Shown here: positions 48,353 through 59,110 of the stretch, in pieces | Position numbering within the stretch: the stretch's first letter is position 1 | How the letters are laid out: each line of letters starts with the position of its first letter | NCBI GenBank assembly: GCA_965248195.1 | Contig: CBDFIQ010000002.1 | Location: 3,200,001-3,264,000, forward strand | Length of the DNA: 64,000 nucleotides | From: Longimicrobiales bacterium | GTDB lineage: Bacteria > Gemmatimonadota > Gemmatimonadetes > Longimicrobiales > Gaopeijiaceae | Direction of reading: 5' to 3' | Program-made: the position numbers and the translations under genes | The notes under the pieces: generated by a model | The model's input: the letters and a program-made list of their open reading frames with translations, nothing else | What the model was told of the DNA's origin: nothing | The model's database searches: none

Positions 48353-50089
48353 TCAGAGCCCGCCCCCCGCCGCCTCCGTGGAACACACCTCTAGAGTACG
48401 TAGACGATTGAGAGCGGCAGCGAGTTCCATCGGGCGGAATTGAGCCAGATCGCCGACTCTCCGATCGTCCAGTTCGTCTAGTCCTCCCTCCTCGATCACC
48501 TGCGTGACGAGGGTCAGAATCTCGCTCACGGAACGCCGCCCGTCCATGAACCGGTCACGGGCCATGAGCAACCCGCGGCCCACGGCGAGCGTCTGCGCGC
48601 GAGACACGAGTTGGGTGACGGCGGAAAGGGCGATCGTCTCGTTTCCGAAAACCAGGGAAGGTCCGCTGAAAACTTTGACCTCCGCTTCCCGCTTTGCGGT
48701 GCTGGGATCGACCGAGGTGGGCTTCGGACGCCGCGTCTGGAAGGCTTCGATCGGTCCCGGCGCCTCCCTCTCCCGACCGGTTGGAAGCTCCGACGCGCCG
48801 CGCCGGGCGTCCGCGGTCACGTCGAAGGGGCGGAAGTCCCTCATGGCGACGACCGTGTCGGCGACATCCAGATAATCGCCGCTCCCGCCGAGAACGATCA
48901 TGCAACTGACGCCGCGTGACTCCCACAGGGATCTGACCCGGTCCACCAAAGGCGTAATGGGCTCTCCCTCCTTGGGGACCAGCGCCTGCATTCGCCGATC
49001 GCGGATCATGAAGTTGGTGGCCGCGGTGTCTTCGTCGATCAGCAGGGTGGTCGCTCCGGCCTCGAGCGCCTCCACAATGCCAGCCGCCTGACTCGTGGAA
49101 CCGGATGCATTGAGCGTGGAGAATGAGCGGGTGTCCTGTCCTTGAGGCAGCGTGCCGATGAAGGTGGAAATGTCGACCCCGGCCACGGAACGGCCGTCTT
49201 CGGCCCTGACTTTTACCGCCGAGTCATCCGTCACCACGGACTCCCGGCCGTCTCCGTGGCAATGATTATACACACCACGTTCGATAGCCCGAAGCAAGGT
49301 ACTCTTTCCGTGGTAGCCGCCTCCCACGATCAGCGTGACACCGCGGGGAATTGCCATTCCGCGAATCGTGCCGGCGTTCGGGAGCTCGACCTCCTCCGTC
49401 AGTCCGGCCGGCGCGGAAAACGGGACCGCGGTGTCCCCGAGCAGGGGCCGGTCATCCACACCACTCTTTCGCGCCAATTTCGCGCCATCTGCGACGAAGG
49501 CGACCCAGTGGCGTGTGCCCAACTCCGCGCGCAACGCGTCTGCGTCCTCGTTGGTGAGCGCGTGCTGCAGGATGTCCTGATGTCCCACGGATCCGGCGCG
49601 AAGGCTCTGACCCACGACCGCGGGAACGTCCGTGGTAAGCAGCGCGATCGCCTCACGCCCGCGTGCTCGCCGCCCCTGTGCCGGTAGCCCGATCCGGAAG
49701 CGGGCCTCCACCGTGCCGTCGTCTTCGACGATGACGGCGGTCTGCGCCAATACCTCCTGGCCCGGAGTCTCGATCTCAATGAGGCCGCTCTTGCCGCTTC
49801 CCCGCCGGACCATGGTTCCCTGTGCCGCTTCATGGAAACGCCGGGCGAGCAGACTAGCGACGCCCAGCCTCCTCGAACGGGAGGAGAGCACGTCGTCCTC
49901 GAGCGCGGCCGCCTCCCTGGGAAGAATCACTCGCACCCGACTCGGCAAGGCGAACGGGTCACCCTGGACGTGGTCCACATGCAGGGCGAAGTCTTCAAAG
50001 GCCCACGTGCCTCGCAACCCCTTGTAGGCCTTGTATCCTTGTCCGTCGATTCCCTTGAGGAAACCGATCAGAGCGTCCACGGTGTTCAT
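48353..50089 (-). CDS. ABC-class ATPase domain protein (PF09818-like)
   Basis: HVQGDPFA, GGGYHGKSTLL, RAEDGR, NASGSTSQAA, LIDEDTAATNFMIRD. Confidence 0.88.
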   Translation of the reverse strand: MNTVDALIGFLKGIDGQGYKAYKGLRGTWAFEDFALHVDHVQGDPFALPSRVRVILPREAAALEDDVLSSRSRRLGVASLLARRFHEAAQGTMVRRGSGKSGLIEIETPGQEVLAQTAVIVEDDGTVEARFRIGLPAQGRRARGREAIALLTTDVPAVVGQSLRAGSVGHQDILQHALTNEDADALRAELGTRHWVAFVADGAKLARKSGVDDRPLLGDTAVPFSAPAGLTEEVELPNAGTIRGMAIPRGVTLIVGGGYHGKSTLLRAIERGVYNHCHGDGRESVVTDDSAVKVRAEDGRSVAGVDISTFIGTLPQGQDTRSFSTLNASGSTSQAAGIVEALEAGATTLLIDEDTAATNFMIRDRRMQALVPKEGEPITPLVDRVRSLWESRGVSCMIVLGGSGDYLDVADTVVAMRDFRPFDVTADARRGASELPTGREREAPGPIEAFQTRRPKPTSVDPSTAKREAEVKVFSGPSLVFGNETIALSAVTQLVSRAQTLAVGRGLLMARDRFMDGRRSVSEILTLVTQVIEEGGLDELDDRRVGDLAQFRPMELAAALNRLRTLEVCSTEAAGGGL

Positions 50090-50153
50090 CGGAGCCCATC
50101 CGACCCCTGGGGCTCGCGCCGGTTCCAGGATGGCCTACTGGTGCGGAGCTGCT

Positions 50154-50819
50154 CTAGTCCTCCCGCTCCTTCCACTGAAAGCCTGGTGGATTCTTGGACA
50201 CGAGCCACGAGAGGTACCATGGGCGTGGCGTCTGATAAGGCTTCTTAGCCCCGGGCCCTGGCTTGAGACTCATCCCCTCTCCCAACGGGAGCGGGGGCGG
50301 CTTGAGTTCCCTCGAGCGACTAAGTGGAACCTCGGGTGGGGCGGGGTCTGTGGGCTCGATTGGCTTTTCGTCGGCCCGCCTGTCGGACCAGGGCCACTGG
50401 TTGGGTCGGGATGCGCTCCCACCGCGACGGTCCGACCGCCAGTAGAATATCGGGACCTCCTCGACCTCCGGGTCTCCCCAGCTGAATCCGGATTCATGAT
50501 CGGCCGGCGGATCCAGAGGACCCAGGTCGAGCCCGCGGCGTCCTGGACCCTCCCAGCCGCAACGGGGGCACCACCGCCATTGAACCCAACGCGAAAGGAC
50601 TCTCAAAAGTCTCCGGAGGACCACGGGGTTAGTGGCGCCTCCGCAGTGTGGGCACAGTCGTCCACCCGGGAGCGCCAGATAAGCCACAGAGGCGGTGACC
50701 ACGAGCAGCATCGAGAGGATTCCTACAAGTGAAACCAGAACAATCACGAGTTCGCCCGTTGAAAAGCCGCTATCGACATCCAATAAAAATACTATGGCCT
50801 CCGCGAGAGAGTCCAGCAA
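50154..50819 (-). CDS. Hypothetical membrane-anchored Zn-ribbon protein
   Basis: TM segment, CPHCG...CPRCGWEG, Pro/Trp-rich tail. Confidence 0.6.
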   Translation of the reverse strand: MLDSLAEAIVFLLDVDSGFSTGELVIVLVSLVGILSMLLVVTASVAYLALPGGRLCPHCGGATNPVVLRRLLRVLSRWVQWRWCPRCGWEGPGRRGLDLGPLDPPADHESGFSWGDPEVEEVPIFYWRSDRRGGSASRPNQWPWSDRRADEKPIEPTDPAPPEVPLSRSRELKPPPLPLGEGMSLKPGPGAKKPYQTPRPWYLSWLVSKNPPGFQWKERED

Positions 50820-50890
50820 ATCTTCCGTGCCCGTGCGCGAGCGCTTGCGTTACCTTCTTGGTACCTGGGGTGCTCATCTCCGGGATGACC

Positions 50891-50919
50891 CCACCGGGGA
50901 TCCGGTGGCCCTTTCTTTT
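50891..50919 (+). terminator. Terminator-like hairpin in the typA leader
   Basis: CCACCGG-GGAT-CCGGTGG followed by CCCTTTCTTTT, about 35 nt before the typA ATG. Confidence 0.5.
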
Positions 50920-50954
50920 GGGTTCGACCACCTGAGCCGTCTCCCGACCAGAGC

Positions 50955-52784
50955 ATGAAGATCAGGAACATCGCCATCATCGCACATGTGGATCATGGCA
51001 AGACCACGCTCGTGGACGAGATGCTCCGCCAGACGGGCGTCTTTCGTGTCAACGAGAAGGTGCAGGAGCGCGTACTCGACTCCAACCCGCTCGAACGGGA
51101 ACGAGGGATCACGATTCTTGCAAAGAACACCTCGATCCGGTGGGGCGATGTGAAAATCAACATCGTCGATACGCCCGGCCACGCCGATTTCGGCGGGGAG
51201 GTCGAGCGCACTTTACGTATGGTCGACGGGGTGCTGCTGCTCGTGGACGCTGCGGAGGGCCCGATGCCGCAGACGCGGTTCGTGACCCGAAAAGCGTTGG
51301 AGCTCCGGCTCCAGCCGATCGTGCTCGTCAACAAAGTCGATCGGTCGGATGCCCGCGCGATCGAGGTTCACGACGAGGTGCTCGAGCTCTTCATGAACCT
51401 CGAAGCCTCCGACGCGCAATTGGATGCTCCTTTTCTTTATGCCGTCGGACGAGACGGCTGGGCCAGCCCCGATCCGGGTGCGTCGAATGGCGATCTGGAG
51501 CCGCTCCTCGAGACCATCGTCGAGGCCATTGCCGCACCGCTCGTGGATCTCGACGGGGCGTTCCAAATGCTGATCTCGACGCTCGACCACTCGAACTACG
51601 TGGGGCGCATCGGAATCGGACGGATTGAGCGGGGGGGCGTGACCGTCGGCGACGACATCGCTCTGCTGCCTCTAGGGGATCCGGGCTTGGTCGGCGCCGA
51701 CGAGGCGACGCCCGCACGTGTGGTACAGCTCTATGGTTTCGAGGGCTTGGAGCGTGTGGAGATCGAAGCCGCCGACGCCGGGGACATTGTGGCGGTCGCG
51801 GGAATCCCGGGAGTCGAGATCGGGACGACCCTCACCGATGTCGATGAACGCGAGCGGCTGCGCGGGATTGCGGTCGAGGAGCCCACGCTCTCTGTGGACT
51901 TCACCGTGAACGACTCACCCTTCGCGGGCCGCTCGGGCAAATTCGTGACCACCCGGCAGCTTCGCGACCGGCTGATGAAGGAACTCGAGCGTAATGTTGC
52001 CCTTAGGGTCGAGCAGACCGGGGAACCCGATACGTTCACAGTTTCGGGCCGGGGCGAGTTGCATCTCTCGATTCTCATGGAGACGATGCGCCGGGAGGGA
52101 TATGAGTTTCAGGTTTCGAGGCCGCGTGTCATCGAGAAGAGGGGACCCGAAGGTCTTCTCGAGCCCTTTGAAGAGGCGGTCATCGAGGTCCCGGAACAGT
52201 ACATCGGCGTAGTGATGGAAAGGATGGGGTCGCGAAAGGCCGAATTGATCGAGATGAAGCCGACGGACAGGGGTCCTGTCCGGCTCCGGTTCCGGGTGCC
52301 TGCTCGGGGACTCTTCGGATACCGATCCGATTTCATGACGGACACCAGGGGCGAGGGGCTCCTGCACCACCGCTTCCTGGAATACGGTCCGCACGCCGGG
52401 ACGATGGTCGGCCGCAAGAGGGGAGTGCTCGTGGCCGACCGAGAAGGATTTGCCGTAGGCTTCGCCCTCTTCAACCTCCAGGAGCGCGCGACGATGTTCG
52501 TGCGCCCGGGGGACGAGGTATACACCGGAATGATCGTGGGGGAGCACGTGCGTCCGGGCGATCTGGACGTCAACGCCTGCAAGGCCAAGAAGCTCACCAA
52601 CATGCGGACTACGGCAACGGATGAGAACATCAAACTGGAACCGCCACGGGACCTGACCCTCGAACTCGCCTTGGAGTTCATCGAAGACGATGAGCTGATC
52701 GAGGTCACGCCGAGGGGGATCGGGTTGAGAAAGAGGCACCTCGACCCCATTGCCCGCAAGAAGGCTTTACGCAAGAAGGCCTGA
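50955..52784 (+). CDS. typA: Translational GTPase TypA/BipA
   Basis: [46 protein letters not shown]. Confidence 0.97.
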   Translation: MKIRNIAIIAHVDHGKTTLVDEMLRQTGVFRVNEKVQERVLDSNPLERERGITILAKNTSIRWGDVKINIVDTPGHADFGGEVERTLRMVDGVLLLVDAAEGPMPQTRFVTRKALELRLQPIVLVNKVDRSDARAIEVHDEVLELFMNLEASDAQLDAPFLYAVGRDGWASPDPGASNGDLEPLLETIVEAIAAPLVDLDGAFQMLISTLDHSNYVGRIGIGRIERGGVTVGDDIALLPLGDPGLVGADEATPARVVQLYGFEGLERVEIEAADAGDIVAVAGIPGVEIGTTLTDVDERERLRGIAVEEPTLSVDFTVNDSPFAGRSGKFVTTRQLRDRLMKELERNVALRVEQTGEPDTFTVSGRGELHLSILMETMRREGYEFQVSRPRVIEKRGPEGLLEPFEEAVIEVPEQYIGVVMERMGSRKAELIEMKPTDRGPVRLRFRVPARGLFGYRSDFMTDTRGEGLLHHRFLEYGPHAGTMVGRKRGVLVADREGFAVGFALFNLQERATMFVRPGDEVYTGMIVGEHVRPGDLDVNACKAKKLTNMRTTATDENIKLEPPRDLTLELALEFIEDDELIEVTPRGIGLRKRHLDPIARKKALRKKA

Positions 52785-52799
52785 GCCGCCGGACGAAAG

Positions 52800-53309
52800 A
52801 TGGCGATTTTTCAAAAAGATCTCGTCTCCGAGAACAACCACCCGTTGAACCTTGTCGATGGCAAGGGGATCGATGAAGCGTCAGTCACCCGCCCCCCGAT
52901 CTTCGAAGTGTTTATGCGTATGGCCGAGGAGTTGGCCAAGCGAAGCACCTGTGCCAGGCTCAGGGTGGGGACAGTCATTACGGACCCGCATCTCGAGAAC
53001 GTGGTCGCCATCGGCTACAACGGAAACGCGCGACGCTTTCCGAACGAATGTGACGGACCGGATCCCGGGGCGTGCGGCTGCATCCATTCGGAGCAAAATG
53101 CCCTCGTAAAAGCCCCCGGAAGCATGCTGGACAAGGTGGCTTTCGTGACCGCGACCCCATGCGTGACCTGTGCCAAATTGCTCATCCAGGGCAACATCTC
53201 ACATGTGTTCTACCGTGAGATCTATCGGGATCCGTCCGGCCTGGAGGTCCTGAAACGCGCGGGTGTAACCCCGGTCCACTATGTACGATGGATGGATGAT
53301 TGGCGCTGA
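52800..53309 (+). CDS. dCMP deaminase (ComEB-like)
   Basis: RSTCARLRVG, GYNG, HSEQNA, PCVTC. Confidence 0.88.
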   Translation: MAIFQKDLVSENNHPLNLVDGKGIDEASVTRPPIFEVFMRMAEELAKRSTCARLRVGTVITDPHLENVVAIGYNGNARRFPNECDGPDPGACGCIHSEQNALVKAPGSMLDKVAFVTATPCVTCAKLLIQGNISHVFYREIYRDPSGLEVLKRAGVTPVHYVRWMDDWR

Positions 53310-53445
53310 GATTTCCGGGCTTTCGGGACTTGTCCGTCACGTTATCTTCCGGCCTTCGTCACCGCCTCCGGGTGGGTGCTGCCGTCCGCGGGCGGGCCAC
53401 CGTGCGTCGGCATCGTCTGGACCGAAAACAACCTAAAGTAAACGC

Positions 53446-54573
53446 GTGGGAGTTCATTTCGTGAAGTCGTCCACCATAGAGAATACCACCTCGTTTGGCC
53501 GCTTCTTTCTTCCGGGTCCGACAGAGGTCCATCCGGAGGTGCTGAGCGCCCAGAACCGGGCCCTAATCGGGCACCGAGGCCCAGCCATAAAGGAGCTCAT
53601 GAGTAAGCTGCAGACCGGGCTCCGAGATCTGTTTCGCACGGAGAGTCCGGTCCTGATATCGACATCGTCAGCGACCGGATTGATGGAGGCTGCCGTTCGG
53701 AACGGCGCTCGATCTCGCGTTCTGAGTCTAGTCAACGGCGCCTTCAGCCAGCGGTTCGGCCAGATCGCTGAGGCCTGTGGATTCGTGGTCGAGACGCTCG
53801 AGGTGGAGTGGGGCCAGACCTTTACCGCCGACCAGGTGCGTGAGAAGCTGGCTTCGGGTGGGCTCGATGCCGTCACGGTGGTTCACTCCGAGACGTCCAC
53901 CGGGGCGTTGAACCCCATAAGCCAGATCTCGGAGGCCGTCCGGGAGCAGGACGATGTAGTGCTTCTGGTGGACTCGGTGACGGGCGTGGGCGGGGCGGAG
54001 GTTCGGACCGACGAGTGGGCTTTGGACTTCGTGCTCACGGGATCTCAAAAGGCTCTCGCGTTGCCTCCCGGCCTCGCTTTTGGCGTGGCCTCTGAACGCC
54101 TTATGGCGCGTGCTGCCGAAGCGACGCGGAAGGGCGTCTACTTCGATTTAGTATCGTTCCGGAAGCAGCTCGATAATCTCCAGACTCCGACCACGCCTGC
54201 GGTTTCACTCTTCTACGCGTTGGCCAAGCAGTTGGACCGGATCCGGCTGGAGGGGTTGGTGGCCCGATGGGACCGGCACCAGGCGATGGCCGACCGGTGC
54301 GTCCAGTGGGTGGACATGATGCGGGAGCAAAGGGGGGTCGCGCTGTCGGTGCTGGCGCCCGAGGGATCCCGTTCTCCGACCGTGACCTGTGTGGAGCTTC
54401 CTGAGGGGACCACCGGGCCGTCGGTGGTATCGGCAATGAAGGAGAGAGGGTTCACCATCGGCGGAGGTTACGGAAAGCTGAAGGAGGGGACGTTCCGGGT
54501 CGGACACATGGGCGATCATACCGTTGCCGAACTCGATGCAGTGCTGGACGCCCTAGGGGAGGTGCTCTCGTGA
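53446..54573 (+). CDS. Class V aminotransferase (serine-pyruvate/phosphoserine aminotransferase-like)
   Basis: PGPT, VHSETSTG, VDSVT, GSQKALALPPG, FRVGHMG; coupled to serA. Confidence 0.9.
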   Translation: MGVHFVKSSTIENTTSFGRFFLPGPTEVHPEVLSAQNRALIGHRGPAIKELMSKLQTGLRDLFRTESPVLISTSSATGLMEAAVRNGARSRVLSLVNGAFSQRFGQIAEACGFVVETLEVEWGQTFTADQVREKLASGGLDAVTVVHSETSTGALNPISQISEAVREQDDVVLLVDSVTGVGGAEVRTDEWALDFVLTGSQKALALPPGLAFGVASERLMARAAEATRKGVYFDLVSFRKQLDNLQTPTTPAVSLFYALAKQLDRIRLEGLVARWDRHQAMADRCVQWVDMMREQRGVALSVLAPEGSRSPTVTCVELPEGTTGPSVVSAMKERGFTIGGGYGKLKEGTFRVGHMGDHTVAELDAVLDALGEVLS

Positions 54574-56174
54574 GCGAGAAGTTCGTGGTCATCGCGGCCG
54601 ACAAGATCTCCCTTTCGGGCCTTTCACCCCTGACCGAGGATGATCGCTTCGAAGTCCTGGTGCCCGACGGCTGGACCACTGAGGAGATGCAGGAGGCATT
54701 GGGCCGGGCTCACGGTCTCATCGTACGCAGCGCGACCAGGGTGACCCCGGAACTTCTGGAGCAGGCTCCACACCTGAAGGTTATCGGCCGCGCGGGGGTG
54801 GGAGTCGACAACATCGATCTCGAGGCCGCCACTGAGCTCGGGATCCCGGTGATCAACGCTCCCGAAGGCAACACCGTATCCGCCGCCGAACTCGCGATGG
54901 CTCTCATCTTGACCGTCGCGCGTAACGTTTCCTGGGCGGATGCTTCCGTTCGGGGCGGCGCATGGGCTCGATCGCAGTTCTCTGGCATCGAGCTTCGTGG
55001 TAGGATACTCGGACTCATCGGTGCGGGGCGGATCGGGAGCGAGGTCGCATTGCGTGCGCAGGCGTTCGGTATGGAGACGATCGCCTACGATCCGTACCTG
55101 ACGGAGGAACGCGCCAAGGAACTGAGGATCGAACGGGTGGAGCTCGATGACGTGATCGCTCGCGGGGACGTGATCTCGTTACACGTGCCGCTCACACCGC
55201 AAACCGAGGGCATGATCGGTGAGGCGGAACTCAAGGCCATGAAACCCACGGCCATCCTGGTCAATGCCGCACGGGGTGGGGTGGTCGAGGAGGCTGCGCT
55301 GGTTACCGCGCTCGAGTCGGGGGAGATCGCGGCCGCTGCGCTCGACGTTTTCACAACCGAGCCGCTTCCAGACGATAGCCCGCTGAGGGGCACTAAAAAC
55401 CTGCTCCTCACGCCGCATCTCGGGGCCTCCACCATCGAGGCTCAGGAGTTGGTCGCGAACGAGATCGCGGGGGGCGTGAGCGCGGCGCTGCTCGAGGGGG
55501 ACCTTTCCAAGGCGCTGAACGCGCCCGCGATCGGAGGGGAGGACCTCGAGTATCTCAGGCCTCTCATGGATCTCGCGGGCAGGGTCGGACGCGTGGTCGG
55601 CGTCCTGGGCCGGGGCGGAATGCAGCGGGCCGACATCTCGGTCGCGGGGCTGGACGAGGACATTCTTGGACCGCTGACTGCGGCGGCCATGACCGGAGTG
55701 CTCACACCTGTCGTGGGCGCACGCAACGTCAATTACGTAAACGCCCTCCACCTCGCCGAAGGGCGGGGCATCGAGATCGCGACGACGCTGCAGTCCCCAC
55801 GAGTCGACTACGCCAAGTTCCTCGAGATCGTTCTCGAGACAGAGGACCAGAAGGTACGCGTGGCCGGTGCGCTACTGGGCGAGCATCATCATCCTCGGAT
55901 CGTGCAGATCGACGGGTACGCTTTGAGCGTCCAACCTGAAGGGTGCCTGATCGTGCTCCGGAACAATGACGTCCCTGGCGTCATCGGGAGGGTGGGGACC
56001 CTCCTGGCGGCGCACGGCTTGAACATCGCCGAGTACATCCAGTCGAGGGAGGCCAAGGGTGGCCTGGCGTTGGCCGCCGTGTCCGTCGATGGAAAGGTCA
56101 GCCCCGAGTTTCTCGCGACTCTGAGCGAGGACGAGGATATTTTGGACGCGCGGGCGGTCTACTTCGACGGCTGA
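54570..56174 (+). CDS. serA: D-3-phosphoglycerate dehydrogenase with ASB and ACT domains
   Basis: RAGVGVDNID, GAGRIG, NAARGG, TPHLGAST, NNDVPGVIG. Confidence 0.95.
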   Translation: MSEKFVVIAADKISLSGLSPLTEDDRFEVLVPDGWTTEEMQEALGRAHGLIVRSATRVTPELLEQAPHLKVIGRAGVGVDNIDLEAATELGIPVINAPEGNTVSAAELAMALILTVARNVSWADASVRGGAWARSQFSGIELRGRILGLIGAGRIGSEVALRAQAFGMETIAYDPYLTEERAKELRIERVELDDVIARGDVISLHVPLTPQTEGMIGEAELKAMKPTAILVNAARGGVVEEAALVTALESGEIAAAALDVFTTEPLPDDSPLRGTKNLLLTPHLGASTIEAQELVANEIAGGVSAALLEGDLSKALNAPAIGGEDLEYLRPLMDLAGRVGRVVGVLGRGGMQRADISVAGLDEDILGPLTAAAMTGVLTPVVGARNVNYVNALHLAEGRGIEIATTLQSPRVDYAKFLEIVLETEDQKVRVAGALLGEHHHPRIVQIDGYALSVQPEGCLIVLRNNDVPGVIGRVGTLLAAHGLNIAEYIQSREAKGGLALAAVSVDGKVSPEFLATLSEDEDILDARAVYFDG

Positions 56175-56184
56175 ACGGGGACGC

Positions 56185-57360
56185 TCACTGCGGAGCCGGC
56201 CGTCGGACGACGTTGTACTTTTCCAGGACGCGGGTCACGGCCTCAACGTCGATCGCCTCCACCGTCCTTCCCATTCCTGATACGGTCGTCGCCTTGAGGA
56301 GCGAATTGTAGATCGCTTCTTCCGTGGCCTCCACCGTGCCCTCGAAAAGCGCCGACAGACCACTGTTCGGGACCTCCACGGACTCGGTCCACTCCTCGCC
56401 CAGCGTGCGTCGTACTCCAGCCGCCGTGGAGAAAGCGATGACGTAGTCACCACTTCCGTTCCCGGCGAAGGAGCCGGTGCGGGCGAGTCCCATGACGGCC
56501 CGCTTGGCCAGGCGCTCCAGCTTGAGAGGGGACAGAGGGGCGTCGGTGGCCACGACCATCATGATCGAGCCTTGGCCGTGATCGGCGTCATCCTGCCCTC
56601 CCGCTTCAACCGACTGCCGAAAGGAGTACCGCTCCAACTCGCGCCCGACCGGGGCACCGGCCATGGTCAGGATCCCTCCGAAGTTCGATTGGACCAGGAC
56701 GCCGACCGTAAAACCACCCAGGCTCTCGGGAAGCACGCGGCTGCTCGTCCCGATTCCGCCTTTCCAGCCGAACGCTGTGGTGCCTCGGCCGGCCCCCACC
56801 GATCCCTCGGCCACCGGCCCCGAAGAGGCGATCCCCAAAGCCTCACGCACATGTGCGGCGGTGATCGGGCGGCTTCGGATGTCGTTTAGGCCTCCGTCAT
56901 TGGTCTCCCCCACGACCGCGTTGAGGGATCCGACGCGTTCCATGCCCTCCTGCTCGAGCGCCCACTCCACCAGGGCGTCGGCGGCCTTCCAGACACACAG
57001 CGTGCAGGTCAGGAGGATCGGCGTCTCCAACTCCCCCAACTCACGTACCTGGGTCACACCGAGGAGTTTTCCGAAGCCGTTGCCCACGTAGATGGCGGCG
57101 GGCACTCGCTCGTGGTAGATGCTTCCCGGGTGAGGCCGGATGGCCGTTACACCCGTGTTGACCCGGGCACCTTCGATCACGGTCACCTGTCCGACCCACA
57201 CGCCCTCGACATCGGTGATGGCGTTCCACGGGCCCGGGGGGAAGATTCCCACCTCGATCCCGAGGTCCCGGGCCCTGGGCCGGTCGACCTCCTGACTCGT
57301 GGCATTTGGGGCGAGAAGGAACAGTGGGAGTGTCGCCATCAAGGCGCGCTGTCTGTTCAT
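56185..57360 (-). CDS. DmpA-like aminopeptidase (P1/S58 family), secreted
   Basis: RARDLG, NAITDVEGV, GNGFGK, KGGIGTSSR, G|SIMMVVATDAP autocleavage site. Confidence 0.9.
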   Translation of the reverse strand: MNRQRALMATLPLFLLAPNATSQEVDRPRARDLGIEVGIFPPGPWNAITDVEGVWVGQVTVIEGARVNTGVTAIRPHPGSIYHERVPAAIYVGNGFGKLLGVTQVRELGELETPILLTCTLCVWKAADALVEWALEQEGMERVGSLNAVVGETNDGGLNDIRSRPITAAHVREALGIASSGPVAEGSVGAGRGTTAFGWKGGIGTSSRVLPESLGGFTVGVLVQSNFGGILTMAGAPVGRELERYSFRQSVEAGGQDDADHGQGSIMMVVATDAPLSPLKLERLAKRAVMGLARTGSFAGNGSGDYVIAFSTAAGVRRTLGEEWTESVEVPNSGLSALFEGTVEATEEAIYNSLLKATTVSGMGRTVEAIDVEAVTRVLEKYNVVRRPAPQ

Positions 57361-57416
57361 GAGGCAAGCTCTTTGGATGGCCGGCTATGTGGCTTCCCGG
57401 GCGGCGCGCCCGATCG

Positions 57417-58292
57417 TCAGCGAACGGTGTCGACCAAGAGTAGGGCCAGAAGGAGGGGCTGGTAAAGTAGAGACCAGAGAAAGACCCGTCGCGCCCGCGC
57501 CCGCGACATCTCGGACGCTGCGGCTACGGCGACCCCAAGAGTGATCAGCCCCAACACCAGGGCGCCCGCGAGGTAGATTCGGCCAGTGATCCCCAGGAAC
57601 GTGGGGAATCCGCTTATCATCAACAGTGATACGGAATGATAAACCATGTGCCTGCCGATTCGCACGCCCTCGGGGTCGGTCGGAGGGCTCAGGAAAAAGC
57701 CGACGCGGGCGTAGTCCTCCCGGAGTAACCAGGCGAGTGCCAGGACGTGGGGCAGCTGCCAAAGGAACGCGATACAGAACAATATTACGGCGCCGAACTC
57801 TACGGTGCCCGTCGCGGCGCTCCATCCGATCAGAGCCGGAAAGGCTCCGGGTACCGCGCCCACGAGCGTGGCCAGGTACGAACGGGTCTTGAGGGGCGTG
57901 TAGGCGAGGATGTATGCAGCGGCCGAGGCCGCGGTGAGCACGGATGGCAGCCATCCGACCATGAGCCCGAGATAGGCCAGGCCCGCCACGAGGAGTGCCC
58001 ACCCGAACGCCAGCGCCTCCCCAGGGCGCAACCGGCCGGAGGGCAGGGGCCGGGTCCGCGTGCGGGTCATGAGTGCGTCGAGGTCTCGCTCGACGTACTG
58101 GTTGAGGGCGAGTGCGCCGGCCGTTCCGAGAGCGACACCCACGAGGGTATGTATGATCGGGAGGATTTCGGGTCGGCCGCCGGACGCCACGTAATAACTC
58201 ACGCCGGCCGTCATCATGACGTAGCCGGCGATCCCCGGCTTGGTGAGCTCGTACAGTGCGCCGGCCTTGTTTTGGGCCGGCGTCTCCGTCAT
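57417..58292 (-). CDS. cyoE: Protoheme IX farnesyltransferase (heme O synthase)
   Basis: ELTKPGI, NQYVERDLDALMTRTRTRPLPSG, YTPLK, WQLPH. Confidence 0.93.
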   Translation of the reverse strand: MTETPAQNKAGALYELTKPGIAGYVMMTAGVSYYVASGGRPEILPIIHTLVGVALGTAGALALNQYVERDLDALMTRTRTRPLPSGRLRPGEALAFGWALLVAGLAYLGLMVGWLPSVLTAASAAAYILAYTPLKTRSYLATLVGAVPGAFPALIGWSAATGTVEFGAVILFCIAFLWQLPHVLALAWLLREDYARVGFFLSPPTDPEGVRIGRHMVYHSVSLLMISGFPTFLGITGRIYLAGALVLGLITLGVAVAAASEMSRARARRVFLWSLLYQPLLLALLLVDTVR

Positions 58293-59110
58293 CCGACCGA
58301 GTCCAGCGTGTCCCTCATGGATCGGGCCAGACCCGTAAAAGCCGGAACGTCGAACAGGGTGTAGGCCGACGCGTCAGTGAGTCGGAGTGCCATGAGTAAA
58401 TCGAGAAAGCGCCCTGGATGGTCCGACTCGAAGGCGACCACGAATTCCTGGTCGTCCAAGCCGTACGAGTAGGTGGTGTTGAGCTTCACGTCAGGCCACT
58501 GGTGCCCGACCCGGATGTGTTCGTCCATCATGCGCTGGCGGTCTTCATGGGGAAGCTTGTACCAGTCCCGGATTTTCGCCATCGGGTAGACGAAAAGATA
58601 CTCCGATCCTTGCGGATTGATGGCGACGCGGGCCGAATCCAGAACCTCCTCACCGCCGTAGGTTTTGACGTACTCCTCCTCGTAGCGGTTGAGGTAGATG
58701 GACCGCTTGGTCATGGCGAAATACGAATGCGCCAAGGAGAGGTATCCTCCGAGGCCCGTCTGGTTCAACGAGGCAGCTAGGTCATGGAGTTGGCCCAGGT
58801 CGCGAGCGGCCTGCCAGAGCAGAAAATCCGCATCACCGCGTGTGCCGACCAGTGCGTAGCTGTAGATCATCATCTCGCGGATGCGGGCCGCCACCACCGA
58901 CTCGAACTCATCCTTATGCTTGGTCCGTTCCTTTACGGAAAGCCGACGCCAAGCGGGGTCGACTTTGAATACCGAGAAGCGGACGAACTCCCGCTCCTTC
59001 ATCTTTTCCTGCTCAGCCTGGATCTTCTCCCAGGCGTCTCCTTCCATCGCGGGTCGCTTGGGGATGTTCGGGCGCACGCCCCGGGGGACGTTCTGCTTCG
59101 TTTCTGTCAT
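58289..59110 (-). CDS. Chlorite dismutase-fold heme protein, likely coproheme decarboxylase (ChdC/HemQ)
   Basis: Start ATG 59110; YPMAK..WY.L...RQRMMDEH, TYSYGLDDQEFVV; no distal Arg. Confidence 0.75.
   Translation of the reverse strand: MTETKQNVPRGVRPNIPKRPAMEGDAWEKIQAEQEKMKEREFVRFSVFKVDPAWRRLSVKERTKHKDEFESVVAARIREMMIYSYALVGTRGDADFLLWQAARDLGQLHDLAASLNQTGLGGYLSLAHSYFAMTKRSIYLNRYEEEYVKTYGGEEVLDSARVAINPQGSEYLFVYPMAKIRDWYKLPHEDRQRMMDEHIRVGHQWPDVKLNTTYSYGLDDQEFVVAFESDHPGRFLDLLMALRLTDASAYTLFDVPAFTGLARSMRDTLDSVG

Noticed and set aside
50867..50892. TPP riboswitch (begins GGGGTGCT)
   Set aside because: Lacks the conserved CTGAGA and downstream core; typA is not a thiamine gene.
52800..53309. Anti-phage dCTP deaminase
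   Set aside because: Short single-domain ComEB-like enzyme with no kinase domain, in a housekeeping context.
53310..53445. Riboswitch upstream of the aminotransferase-serA operon
   Set aside because: Only generic GC-rich pairing; no recognisable glycine, SAM or THF motif and no terminator.
58289..59110. True chlorite dismutase
   Set aside because: No distal Arg and no signal peptide; heme-biosynthesis context.
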